Origin: an uncultured Clostridium sp. | GTDB taxonomy: Bacteria > Bacillota > Clostridia > TANB77 > CAG-508 | Length of the DNA stretch: 64,000 nt | NCBI GenBank assembly: GCA_948438085.1 | Contig: CAOJKP010000006.1 | Span: forward strand, 3,284-67,283 | Direction: 5' to 3' | In this document: piece after piece, positions 26,614-36,450 of the stretch | Layout of the letters: each line of letters begins with the position of its first letter | Position numbering within the stretch: the first letter of the stretch is position 1 | Notes under the pieces: generated by a model | Told to the model about the DNA's origin: nothing | Databases searched by the model: none | Seen by the model: only the letters and a program-made list of their open reading frames with translations | Made by a program: the position numbers and the translations under genes

Positions 26614-29600
26614 ATGGAAAATGAATTATATGACTTAACATCTTGTCAAATGGCAATTCTAAATACTGAGAAGTATTATAAGGGAAGTAATGTTAATAAT
26701 ATTTGTGCAACAGAATATATAAAGGAAGAAATTGATTTTGACCTTTTTAAAGAAACTATTCGCATACTTGTTCAAGTAAATGATATTTTTAATTTTAAGT
26801 TAACTGTAAAGAATGGAATTTATAAACAATATTATTCTAAACGTGCTCCATACAATGCTAAAATTGTAGATTTAAAAGATTTATCTGAATTACCTAATTT
26901 AGTGGAATCTTCTAATATGCATGTTTTTGATATAGATAATTCTGAATTTTTTGAATGTATTATTTTTAGACTTCCTAATAAAACTGGTGGTGTTGTTTTT
27001 AATATGCATCATTTGTTTGCTGATTCATGGACTTTAGGTCTTGTTGCAAATGAAATAGTTAGTATTTACAAACGCCTTTTAGAAAATCCTAATTGCGAAA
27101 TTGATTCATTTCCTTCTTATATTGATTTTATAAAGTCTGAAAAAGAATATATAAATAGTTCTTCTTTTGAAAAAAGTAAGAATTATTGGAATTCGGTATT
27201 TAGTAATATTCCTGAACAGGCTATTATTCCTTCTTCAAAGACTACTATTGATAATGGTTTATCTTGTGTTTCTAAAAGATTATCTTTTTCTTTTGATAAG
27301 GAATATATGAATAAAATAAATGAATTTTGTAAATTAAACCATATTTCTATTTTTAATTTTTTTATGGCTATTTATTCTATTTATATTGCTAAGTCTAGTG
27401 GCATTTATGATTTTGTTATTGGCACTCCTATTTTAAATAGAACGAATATCACTAGTAAGAATACTATGGGAATGTTTATTAATACTATACCTATTAGAAT
27501 AAATTTAGAAGATAATTTGAACTTTTGTCAATTTTCTTCTAATATTGCCAAAAATACAATATCTACTTTAAGACATCAAAAATATTCTTATCAATATATT
27601 TTAGATGATTTAAGAAAACTTAATCCTAGTATGCCAAGTTTATATAATACATTAATTTCTTATCAAGTTACAAAAGCTTATACTAATCAAGGTATAGATT
27701 ATGAAACTGAGTGGTATTTTAATGGAAACTGTGCAGATGATATAAATATCCATTTATTTGATTTAAATGATACTCATGAAATAAATGTTGCTTATGATTA
27801 TAAATTATCTAAATATAATGATATTGATATTAATAAAATGCATTTACGTATTTTGAAAATTATTAATCAAGTATTAAGTATTGATAATATAAATATTTCT
27901 GATATTGAAATTTCTACAGATGAAGAAAAAGATTTTATTTTAAACAAAATAAATAATAATTATGAAAATTTTAATTTTAAAAATAATATTATAGAAATAA
28001 TTGAAGATATTGCAAAAAAATATCCTAATAATATTGCTATTAAATTTAATGAAATTTCTATTACATATAAGGACCTAATAAAAAGAGTAAATAAAATGTC
28101 TAATTGTTTACTTAGTAATAATATTAAACAAAATTCTAATATTGGAATTTTAACTTCTAGAGATATTGATTCTATTATTGGTATTCTTGCAATTATAAAA
28201 ATCAATTGTACCTATGTTCCAATTGACCCTCTATATCCTATAGACAGAATTAATTATATGATTAATAGTTCAGAAATTAATACTATTTTAGTTACTGATG
28301 AGACTTATATTGATAAAATAAATAATTCAAAAATTAATATAATTTTAATACTAGAAAAAAATTATAAAATTTTTTCTAGTAATATTGATTTTAAATTTAA
28401 TTATAATTTGGAAAACAATTTGTATATTATTTTTACATCTGGCTCTACTGGAAAACCTAAAGGTGTTACCATATCTCATAAAAATATTATGAATTTAATG
28501 TTTTATACTATTTATAAAACACAAATTTTTGGTAATGCATCTAATAATGTTTTACAATTTGCGACTATGAGTTTTGATGTAAGTTATCAAGAGATTTTTT
28601 CTTGTTTTTTTAGTGGTTCGTGTTTGGTACTAATTACTGATGATTATAGAAAAAATATTAATAAATTAATTCCTTATATAATTGATAATAGTATAGATAC
28701 TTTATTTATTCCTCCTGCTTATCTTAGAATAATAAGCGAAAATATAGATATTGTTTCTAAATTATCTCATGTTTTAAAAAACATAATTACAGCTGGTGAA
28801 GCCTTGGTTATAACTCCTGGAATTCGTAAATTTTTAGATTTAGGAGTAAAAATACATAATCATTATGGTCCTGCAGAAACTCATGTTGCTACTACATATA
28901 CTCTAGATAATACTTATACAGGTGATATTAATGTTCCTATAGGGGTTCCTATTTCCAATGCTAATGTTTATATTTTAGATAAAAATAAACATTTATGTCC
29001 TCCTTTTTGTATTGGAGAAATTTGTATTGAAGGAACTTTAGTAGGTAATGGCTACTGGCATAACGATTTAGCAACTTCACAAAATTTTGTTGGTGGTTTT
29101 TTAAACAATTCTAGTAAGTTGTATTTAACTCATGATATTGGATATTTTGATTATTCTGGTTTGATACATTTTGTTGGTAGACGTGATTTTTTAACTAAAA
29201 TTAATGGCTTTAGAATTGAACTTAGCGAAATTGATAATTGTATATGTAATTATCCTGGTGTAAAATCATCAATTTGTGTTGTTCAAGAAGATAAATTTAA
29301 AAAACATATTATAGCCTATTTTACTGGTGATAATGCTATAAGTGAATCTAAATTACAAAGTTATTTATCTAAAAAATTACCTAATTATATGATTCCTTCT
29401 AGAATTGTGTATTTAGATGATATGCCTTTAAATAATAATGGAAAAATTGATAGAACAAAGCTTGCAAAAGTAGATTTGGTAGATTTAATTACTGAATTTA
29501 TTGAACCTTCTTCTGAAACTGAAAAATTACTTTGTGATATTTGGAAGAAGTTATTCAATGTTTCAAAAATTGGTGCAAATTACAATTTTTTTGATATTGG

Positions 29601-32600
29601 CGGAGATTCTCTTATTGCAATTAAATTGTGTGCTATTATTTTAGAAAAATTTAATGTAGATATTAACATTTCTCAAGTTTTTTCTCATCCTGTATTAACA
29701 GATTTGGCTCATATTGTTGATAATTCTAATCATAATGTTTTAGAAAAAATTAATAAAGCACCTACAATGGATTATTATCCAATTTCTAGTGCTCAAAAGC
29801 GTATCTATTATGCATGTTCTATGAACGAAAATTCTATTTTATATAATATGTGTGGTGGTCTTTTATTTGATGAAATTATGGATATAGAAAAAATTAAATA
29901 TTCTTTTAAGACTATTATTAAAAATCAAGATGCTTTTAGAACTTGTTTTAAAATTTTTAATGGAAATTGCTATCAAATAATTTTAGATGAAGTAGATTTT
30001 GATATTGATGTTTTTAATGATGATGAAAAAAATATTAATGCAATAATTAATAATTTTTCTAAACCATTTAATTTTGAAAATGCACCTTTATTAAGAGTTG
30101 GAGTGTATTATTTAAATGATTCTAAAACATTAATTGTAATTGATTCTCATCATATTATTATGGATGGTACTTCTTTAAACATTTTAGTAAATGATTTTTA
30201 TAAATTATATAATGAAAAAAATGTAAAAAAACCGAAATTAAGTTATATTGATTATTCTTTTTGGGAGAATGATTATTTAAAAAGCAATGAGATTAAAGAT
30301 ATCGAGAATTATTGGATTTCTAAATTTAATGATTTTGATATAACACAATTAAATTTACCTTATATTGGTAATTGTTCAAATAATACTTTTGTTGGTAATA
30401 CTATTTGTAAAAATATTGGCAAAGATTTGTTTAATAATATAAATTTAATTGCAAATAAATTAGGTGTTTCAGATTATATGGTATTTTTATCTGCATTTTA
30501 TATTTTACTTTATAAATATACTATGCAAGAAAATATTACTATTGGTACACCTATAGCCAATAGAAATTTTAATGATGCAGATTCGATTATTGGTATGTTT
30601 GTAAATAATGTTGTTTTGGCAGATAAAATATGTTCTTATACAAATTTAAAAGATTTTATTTTACATATAAAAGAACTTGTTTTAGATGCTTTGGAGTATC
30701 AACCTTATCCATATGATTTGCTTTCTAAAAAATTAAATAATAGTAATTTATTTGATGTTATGTTTGTTTATCAAAATATGTATGATAGTAATCTAAATTT
30801 AGATAATTTAATTACTTCAAATAGTAATACTTCTAAATTTAAGTTAACATTAGAAATCATACCAAATAGAAATTGTTTAAATATTGAATATTGTTGTGAT
30901 TTATTTAGTTTAGATTTTATTAATTCAATGTTTGATAATTATTTAAATATTCTAAATTTATTTACTATTAGTTTGGATAAAACTATTCAGGATTTAGATA
31001 TTATCTCTTTAGAGGAAAAAAATACTATATTAAATGTATTTAATAATACTAAAACTGAAATTAGCTTAAATAATATTATTTATAATTTTGAAAATATTGC
31101 AACTAGAAACCCTGATGATATTGCAATTATCTTTTCTAATAAAAAAATTACTTATAAGGCTTTAAATGAAAAAGCAAATAAATATGCTAATTATTTACTA
31201 AGTCAAGGGATTGGCTTAAATGATACAATTTGTATTATGTTGGAACGTGGTTTTGATTTAATTTGTATGATGCTTGCTTGCCAAAAAATTGGGGCATGTT
31301 ATGTACTTATTGATTTAAATTTGCCTATTCATAGAATTAATTATATGTATGAAAATTCTGCTTCTAAATTTATAATAACTACATCTAACTTATATAATAA
31401 AGACTTTAATAATTGTCTTATTATTGATAATATTAATTTAAATTTATATAATAAAAATAATTTAGAAAAAATTGATTATGAAAACTTATGTGTTATATAT
31501 ACTTCTGGCTCAACAGGAAACCCTAAAGGTGTATTACTAAAAAATAAAAGTTTTTCTAATTTACTAAATGCTTTTGATAAAGATATGAATATTTCTAAAT
31601 TTAAAAATATTTTATCTATTGCAACAGTTTCATTTGATATGTTTAGTGTAGAAATATATAGTGCTTTATATTTTGGCAATACAGTTATTCTATCTAATAA
31701 TGATGAACAAAAAGACCCTGTTTGTATTAGTAAATTAATAATAAAATATAATGTAGATTTTTTTATTACAACTCCTACTCGTATAGATTTGCTTTTATCT
31801 GACAATATTAGAGATAATTGCTTGAAAGATGTTAAAGCTTTTCAATTGGGCGGTGAAGTTTTTAATTCGCAATTATATTCAAAATTAAAAAAATATACTA
31901 ATGCTAAAATATATAATGGATATGGACCAACAGAAATTACAGCTTGTTGTTCTAATAAATTGGTATCCAAAAACTCGATTAATATAGGTAGTCCTATCGC
32001 AAATGTTCAAATTTATATTTGTGATAAAGATATGAATTTATGTCCTATTGGTGTTATAGGAGAGATTTGCATTGGTGGAATTGGTGTATCAGATGGGTAT
32101 ATCAATAATGAATCTGCAACTCAAAAATCGTTTGTTAAAAATCCATTTGGACAAGGATTTATTTATAAATCTGGAGATTTAGGTAAATTTAATTCTAATG
32201 GAGAAGTAACTTATATTGGTAGAAGTGATTTTCAAGTAAAGCTTCATGGATTACGTATAGAAGTATCTGAAATAGAACAGCAGATGAATAGTATTTCTGG
32301 AATAGAAAATTCTGTTGTATTATGTGTAAATCATTCTTATTTGATTGGTTTATATACATCAAGCATAGATATAAGCTCTTCTTTTATAAAACAAATATTA
32401 TCAAATAATTTACCAACTTATATGATTCCTAGAAAAATTGTAAAAGTTGATAGTTTTCCTATTAATAATAATGGTAAAATTGATAGATTATCATTAACTA
32501 ACAATATTTCTTCATTTGTTAGTCAAGCAGATACAATTCACGTTGCACCTACTAATGATATTCAAAAACTTTATTGTGATATTTGGGAAAAGTTACTAAA

Positions 32601-34002
32601 TACTTCTGTTGGTATTGATGATGATTTATTTGAACTTGGAGCTGATTCTCTTTTAGCAATTAAGTTTAAAATAGAATTATTATCACATGATATAAATATT
32701 TCTTATGCAGATGTTTTTAAATATAAAACTATTAGAAAATTATCTAGAATAACAACTTCTCAAAATCAGGATTTTAATTTATCTAATTATGATTATGATA
32801 GAATTAATGAATTATTAAATAATGCATATACTGCAAATAATTTGACTAAATGTAACAATTCTAATGTTTTACTTTTAGGTGGAAATGGCTATGTTGGAAT
32901 GCATATTTTAAATAGTTATATTAAAAATAATTCTGGAAACATTTATTGTATTGTCCGTCCAAAAGATGGAGAATCTGCTATTCAAAGATTTATAAAAGTC
33001 TTACACTTTTATTTTAATGATAGTCTAGATAAATATTTAAATAAAAGAATTTTTATCATTGAAGGAGATATTTTAGAAAATAATTTTGGTTTAAGTAAAA
33101 AGGATTATATAAATCTATCTAAAAATGTAGATGTAATAATTAACTCTGCTGCTAATGTAAAGCATTTTGGCGATATTAATAAGTTTAATAATATTAATAT
33201 TGATTCTTTAAATGGTATAATTAAATTCTGTTTAAGATATAAAAAAAGATTAATACATATTTCATCATTAAGTGTTTCTGGAAATACTATGCTTGATGGT
33301 ACCATTAGTAAATATAATTATAATTTACAAGATTTATATTTTAGTGAAAAAAATTTATATATTAAACAGTCTTTAGATAATGTATATACTAAATCAAAAT
33401 TCGAAGCAGAAAAAATAATTTTGGAAAATATTATTAACAATAATTTACATGCTCAAATATTAAGATTGGGTAACATTACAAGTAGATATTCAGATGGTAA
33501 ATTTCAAATTAACCCTAATAATAATGCATTTGCTAATAGACTTAAAGGACTAATCAAACTTAAGAAAATACCTGATTATCTTTTAGATACTTACTTAGAA
33601 TTTACACCTGTTGATGAATGTGCCAATTGTATTATAAATATTTTAAACAATTACTTTTCAGATTGTTATATTTATCATGTTTATAATAATAATCATGTTT
33701 ATATTAAAGATTTTGTTAGTATGTTATATAGTTATGGTATTAATGTTGATGTTGTTTCAACTAAAGATTTTTCTAACTTTATAAACAAAATGTTAAAAGA
33801 TGAAAACAAGTCACAAATTTTATCTGGATTTATTAATGATTTTGATACTGAGAAGAAATTGAATTATTCTTCAAATATAAAAATTTCTTCAGAAATTTCT
33901 AACAATTTATTTAATAAAACTAAATTTCATTGGAACAAAATAGATTATGATTATCTAAGAAAATATTTAGATTATCTTAAATTAATTAATTATTTGGATT
34001 AG
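26614..34002 (+). CDS. Bimodular non-ribosomal peptide synthetase, C(starter)-A-T-C-A-T-R with a terminal thioester reductase
   Basis: C1 'MHHLFADSW' (aa 131-139). A1 'FTSGSTGKPKG', 'NHYGPAETH', 'GRRDFLTKINGFRIELSEID', 'NNNGKIDR'. T1 'FFDIGGDSL'. C2 'SHHIIMDGTS'. A2 'YTSGSTGNPKG', 'NGYGPTE', 'GRSDFQVKLHGLRIEVSEIE', 'NNNGKIDR'. T2 'LFELGADSL'. R 'LLGGNGYVGMHIL' plus 'YTKSKFEAE' (Y-x3-K). Confidence 0.9.
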   Translation: MENELYDLTSCQMAILNTEKYYKGSNVNNICATEYIKEEIDFDLFKETIRILVQVNDIFNFKLTVKNGIYKQYYSKRAPYNAKIVDLKDLSELPNLVESSNMHVFDIDNSEFFECIIFRLPNKTGGVVFNMHHLFADSWTLGLVANEIVSIYKRLLENPNCEIDSFPSYIDFIKSEKEYINSSSFEKSKNYWNSVFSNIPEQAIIPSSKTTIDNGLSCVSKRLSFSFDKEYMNKINEFCKLNHISIFNFFMAIYSIYIAKSSGIYDFVIGTPILNRTNITSKNTMGMFINTIPIRINLEDNLNFCQFSSNIAKNTISTLRHQKYSYQYILDDLRKLNPSMPSLYNTLISYQVTKAYTNQGIDYETEWYFNGNCADDINIHLFDLNDTHEINVAYDYKLSKYNDIDINKMHLRILKIINQVLSIDNINISDIEISTDEEKDFILNKINNNYENFNFKNNIIEIIEDIAKKYPNNIAIKFNEISITYKDLIKRVNKMSNCLLSNNIKQNSNIGILTSRDIDSIIGILAIIKINCTYVPIDPLYPIDRINYMINSSEINTILVTDETYIDKINNSKINIILILEKNYKIFSSNIDFKFNYNLENNLYIIFTSGSTGKPKGVTISHKNIMNLMFYTIYKTQIFGNASNNVLQFATMSFDVSYQEIFSCFFSGSCLVLITDDYRKNINKLIPYIIDNSIDTLFIPPAYLRIISENIDIVSKLSHVLKNIITAGEALVITPGIRKFLDLGVKIHNHYGPAETHVATTYTLDNTYTGDINVPIGVPISNANVYILDKNKHLCPPFCIGEICIEGTLVGNGYWHNDLATSQNFVGGFLNNSSKLYLTHDIGYFDYSGLIHFVGRRDFLTKINGFRIELSEIDNCICNYPGVKSSICVVQEDKFKKHIIAYFTGDNAISESKLQSYLSKKLPNYMIPSRIVYLDDMPLNNNGKIDRTKLAKVDLVDLITEFIEPSSETEKLLCDIWKKLFNVSKIGANYNFFDIGGDSLIAIKLCAIILEKFNVDINISQVFSHPVLTDLAHIVDNSNHNVLEKINKAPTMDYYPISSAQKRIYYACSMNENSILYNMCGGLLFDEIMDIEKIKYSFKTIIKNQDAFRTCFKIFNGNCYQIILDEVDFDIDVFNDDEKNINAIINNFSKPFNFENAPLLRVGVYYLNDSKTLIVIDSHHIIMDGTSLNILVNDFYKLYNEKNVKKPKLSYIDYSFWENDYLKSNEIKDIENYWISKFNDFDITQLNLPYIGNCSNNTFVGNTICKNIGKDLFNNINLIANKLGVSDYMVFLSAFYILLYKYTMQENITIGTPIANRNFNDADSIIGMFVNNVVLADKICSYTNLKDFILHIKELVLDALEYQPYPYDLLSKKLNNSNLFDVMFVYQNMYDSNLNLDNLITSNSNTSKFKLTLEIIPNRNCLNIEYCCDLFSLDFINSMFDNYLNILNLFTISLDKTIQDLDIISLEEKNTILNVFNNTKTEISLNNIIYNFENIATRNPDDIAIIFSNKKITYKALNEKANKYANYLLSQGIGLNDTICIMLERGFDLICMMLACQKIGACYVLIDLNLPIHRINYMYENSASKFIITTSNLYNKDFNNCLIIDNINLNLYNKNNLEKIDYENLCVIYTSGSTGNPKGVLLKNKSFSNLLNAFDKDMNISKFKNILSIATVSFDMFSVEIYSALYFGNTVILSNNDEQKDPVCISKLIIKYNVDFFITTPTRIDLLLSDNIRDNCLKDVKAFQLGGEVFNSQLYSKLKKYTNAKIYNGYGPTEITACCSNKLVSKNSINIGSPIANVQIYICDKDMNLCPIGVIGEICIGGIGVSDGYINNESATQKSFVKNPFGQGFIYKSGDLGKFNSNGEVTYIGRSDFQVKLHGLRIEVSEIEQQMNSISGIENSVVLCVNHSYLIGLYTSSIDISSSFIKQILSNNLPTYMIPRKIVKVDSFPINNNGKIDRLSLTNNISSFVSQADTIHVAPTNDIQKLYCDIWEKLLNTSVGIDDDLFELGADSLLAIKFKIELLSHDINISYADVFKYKTIRKLSRITTSQNQDFNLSNYDYDRINELLNNAYTANNLTKCNNSNVLLLGGNGYVGMHILNSYIKNNSGNIYCIVRPKDGESAIQRFIKVLHFYFNDSLDKYLNKRIFIIEGDILENNFGLSKKDYINLSKNVDVIINSAANVKHFGDINKFNNINIDSLNGIIKFCLRYKKRLIHISSLSVSGNTMLDGTISKYNYNLQDLYFSEKNLYIKQSLDNVYTKSKFEAEKIILENIINNNLHAQILRLGNITSRYSDGKFQINPNNNAFANRLKGLIKLKKIPDYLLDTYLEFTPVDECANCIINILNNYFSDCYIYHVYNNNHVYIKDFVSMLYSYGINVDVVSTKDFSNFINKMLKDENKSQILSGFINDFDTEKKLNYSSNIKISSEISNNLFNKTKFHWNKIDYDYLRKYLDYLKLINYLD

Positions 34003-34016
34003 AGAAAGGAGTAATT

Positions 34017-35828
34017 ATGCAAAATATTCAATATTTAATTCTTTTAATGCTTTCTATGATTATAAGTTTATCTATATTTTTTATTGTTAGAAAGTATAAT
34101 GGTAGTACAAAACAAATAAAGGTAATAACATTGCTTTTAACTGTTTGTACATTTGTTTGGAGTTTAAGTTTAACTTTTCAAATATTATTTCAAAACAGTG
34201 GCTTACCTTTAACTTTATTCGAGGGATTTGCATCCTTTGGAGCATGTTTTTTGCCTATACTTATTTTATTTTGGGGACTTACTTTTGCTCAAACAAATTT
34301 AAGTTTTAAATGGTATTATTTATTATTATTTGTAATACCAATTTTATCAACAGTTTTAATGTTTACAGATAGCAGTACACATTTATTTTATGAACATTAT
34401 TCTATTAATTTATCTGAAACAACATATGGTCCATATTTTATGATACATTCAATATTTTCTTATACTTGTATATTAATTGGAGTATTAATTTTGTTCTATT
34501 ATAGTATTAGAAATGCAGGATTTTTCTCAAGGCAATCATTACTTTTAGTGCTAGGAACTTTAGTTCCTACTGCTACTAATGTATTATCTTATTTAGGAAT
34601 TTTAAATGCTACTGTATATTTAACTCCTATTACTTTTTCTATTGCCTTATCAATTTATGCTATTGCTATTTTTAAGTTTAAATTTTTAACTGTTGCTCCA
34701 ATTGCTTTACAAAGAATTGTTGATAGGATGTCTGATTCTTATTTAGTATTAAATTCAGATAATATAATAACAGATTTTAACCAGACTTTTCTTAATTCTT
34801 TTAAGCTTTCAAGTAGTGAAGTTAGAAATAAAAATATAATTGATTTATTTAATTATATAAAAGATTTTGATATTGATTTAAATGAGTTTTTAGATACTTT
34901 AGAGTCTGTAAAAAAATCAACAGATACCTATAGATTTAAAATAAAATTTTCTAAGATTGATAAATCTTTTAATGTTGAAGTTAATAGTATAAATTCTAAA
35001 GGTAAATTTTTGGCAACTCTTGTTTTATTAAAGGATGAAACTCAACATGTTAAAGATATGGAAATAATTAAGTCTAACCAAGAATTACTTATGGAGAGAG
35101 AACGTCTTGCTTCTTTAGGACAATTAATTGGTGGTATTGCTCACAACTTAAAAACTCCAATTATGTCTATTAGTGGTGCTGCTGAAGGATTAACAGATTT
35201 AGTAAAAGAATATGATTCTTCTATAGATGACCCACAAGTTAATTCAGCTGACCACCATGATATCGCAAATGATATGAGTGAATGGATTGAAAAAATAAAA
35301 ACACATACTTCATATATGTCTGATGTTATTACTGCTGTTAAAGGTCAAGCTGTTACTCTTTCGGCAGGTGACACTAAAACCGATTTTACAGTTGAGGAAT
35401 TAATAAAAAGAGTTAATATTTTAATGAAACATGAATTAAAATCTGCTTTAGTTAATTTAAATACAGATATTAAGATTGATTCTTCTCTTATTATCAAAGG
35501 AAATGTAAATATTCTTGTACAAGTTATAAATAACATGATTTCAAATGCAATTCAAAGTTATAATGGAACTCCTGATAAGAATATAGATTTAATTGTTGAT
35601 AAAAATGATAATAATATTGTTATTCAAATAAAAGATTATGGTTGCGGAATGCCTAAGGAAGTTCAAGATAAATTGTTTAAAGAAATGATTACTACTAAAG
35701 GGAAAAATGGAACTGGTCTTGGTTTATTTATGTCTTATTCTACCATTCGTGGTAATTTTAATGGTAATATTAGTTTTGATTCTAAGCAAAATGTTGGTAC
35801 TACTTTTGAAATTATTATACCAGTATAA
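34017..35828 (+). CDS. Sensor histidine kinase with an N-terminal 7TM domain and a PAS-like domain; no cognate regulator is adjacent
   Basis: Seven hydrophobic helices, then 'IALQRIVDRMSDSYLVLN' (PAS-like). H-box 'GGIAHNLKTPIMSI', N-box 'NMISNAIQS', G-boxes 'DYGCGMP' and 'GTGLGLFMS'. It starts 14 nt after the NRPS stop. Confidence 0.85.
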   Translation: MQNIQYLILLMLSMIISLSIFFIVRKYNGSTKQIKVITLLLTVCTFVWSLSLTFQILFQNSGLPLTLFEGFASFGACFLPILILFWGLTFAQTNLSFKWYYLLLFVIPILSTVLMFTDSSTHLFYEHYSINLSETTYGPYFMIHSIFSYTCILIGVLILFYYSIRNAGFFSRQSLLLVLGTLVPTATNVLSYLGILNATVYLTPITFSIALSIYAIAIFKFKFLTVAPIALQRIVDRMSDSYLVLNSDNIITDFNQTFLNSFKLSSSEVRNKNIIDLFNYIKDFDIDLNEFLDTLESVKKSTDTYRFKIKFSKIDKSFNVEVNSINSKGKFLATLVLLKDETQHVKDMEIIKSNQELLMERERLASLGQLIGGIAHNLKTPIMSISGAAEGLTDLVKEYDSSIDDPQVNSADHHDIANDMSEWIEKIKTHTSYMSDVITAVKGQAVTLSAGDTKTDFTVEELIKRVNILMKHELKSALVNLNTDIKIDSSLIIKGNVNILVQVINNMISNAIQSYNGTPDKNIDLIVDKNDNNIVIQIKDYGCGMPKEVQDKLFKEMITTKGKNGTGLGLFMSYSTIRGNFNGNISFDSKQNVGTTFEIIIPV

Positions 35829-35841
35829 TATTTTTACTATT

Positions 35842-35862
35842 TGGGCGTGCATTGCACGCCCA
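35842..35862 (+). terminator. GC-rich perfect hairpin after the kinase gene (putative terminator; the U-tract is weak)
   Basis: tgggcgtgc-att-gcacgccca: 9-bp stem and 3-nt loop. Confidence 0.5.
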
Positions 35863-35924
35863 TACACATAATTTAAATTTTCGAATATTATATCAAAATT
35901 ATTAATTTAAGTTCTACAATATTC

Positions 35925-35952
35925 TTGACAAAAAGGAATAATAATATATATT
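35925..35952 (+). promoter_or_regulatory. Consensus-like sigma-A promoter (TTGACA, 16 nt, TATATT) reading into the core of element B
   Basis: ttgaca at 35925-35930 and tatatt at 35947-35952. No protein gene follows on this strand before the terminators at 36119-36187. Confidence 0.45.
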
Positions 35953-36070
35953 TTGTTTTGGAGTGCGCCCTTTGTGGGGACCGCCTATGGCTGTTAAAGC
36001 TTGCTTTCTACAGCCATGGTGGGGAAGGGTTAAAGCACGTAAAATAAAAAATATATATTATTATTCCTTT
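35932..36070. repeat. Nested-palindrome element B: perfect 23-bp AT-rich arms around a 93-nt GC-rich hairpin core
   Basis: Arm aaaggaataataatatatatttt (35932-35954) is the exact reverse complement of 36048-36070. The core contains ccgcctatggctgt...acagccatggtgg and gtgcgccctt...aagggttaaagcac pairings. Confidence 0.75.
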
Positions 36071-36156
36071 ATATTGCATTACTTATTATTAATTTCTGTG
36101 GAATGTTAGCGAAGCTTTTTATTGAATAGGGAAAATCTTCGATTTTTCCTATTCAA

Positions 36157-36187
36157 TAAAAAAATGCAAGTATAACTTGCATTTTTT
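36157..36187. terminator. Bidirectional intrinsic terminator
   Basis: A-run, then stem atgcaagt/acttgcat, then T-run. A second hairpin precedes it at 36119-36159 (ttattgaatagggaaaa/tttttcctattcaataa). Confidence 0.75.
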
Positions 36188-36350
36188 ATAGATTAAATTT
36201 TTCCTCTTTTTGTTTTATGTTTTCCTCTTTTTCATTTAGTTTATATTCGTCTTCAGTGTAGTCTATAAAGTTTCCTGTATTCATTTTATGTGTTAAATTT
36301 ATTAGTTCAATATCGTCGTTAAAATTAAATTCTTTATCGAATCTTCCCAT
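36186..36350 (-). CDS. Small acidic hypothetical protein (54 aa), below the ORF-track cut-off
   Basis: RBS AGGAGAG lies 5 nt before the ATG at 36350. Sequence: MGRFDKEFNFNDDIELINLTHKMNTGNFIDYTEDEYKLNEKEENIKQKEEKFNL. The terminator follows directly. Confidence 0.45.
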   Translation of the reverse strand: MGRFDKEFNFNDDIELINLTHKMNTGNFIDYTEDEYKLNEKEENIKQKEEKFNL

Positions 36351-36450
36351 AAAACTCTCCTATTCTAAACCATTCTATTTATTTCCTATGACATTATATA
36401 ACTTATATATTTATAAATCAATATTTTTTATAAAATACTATTGCTAATAA

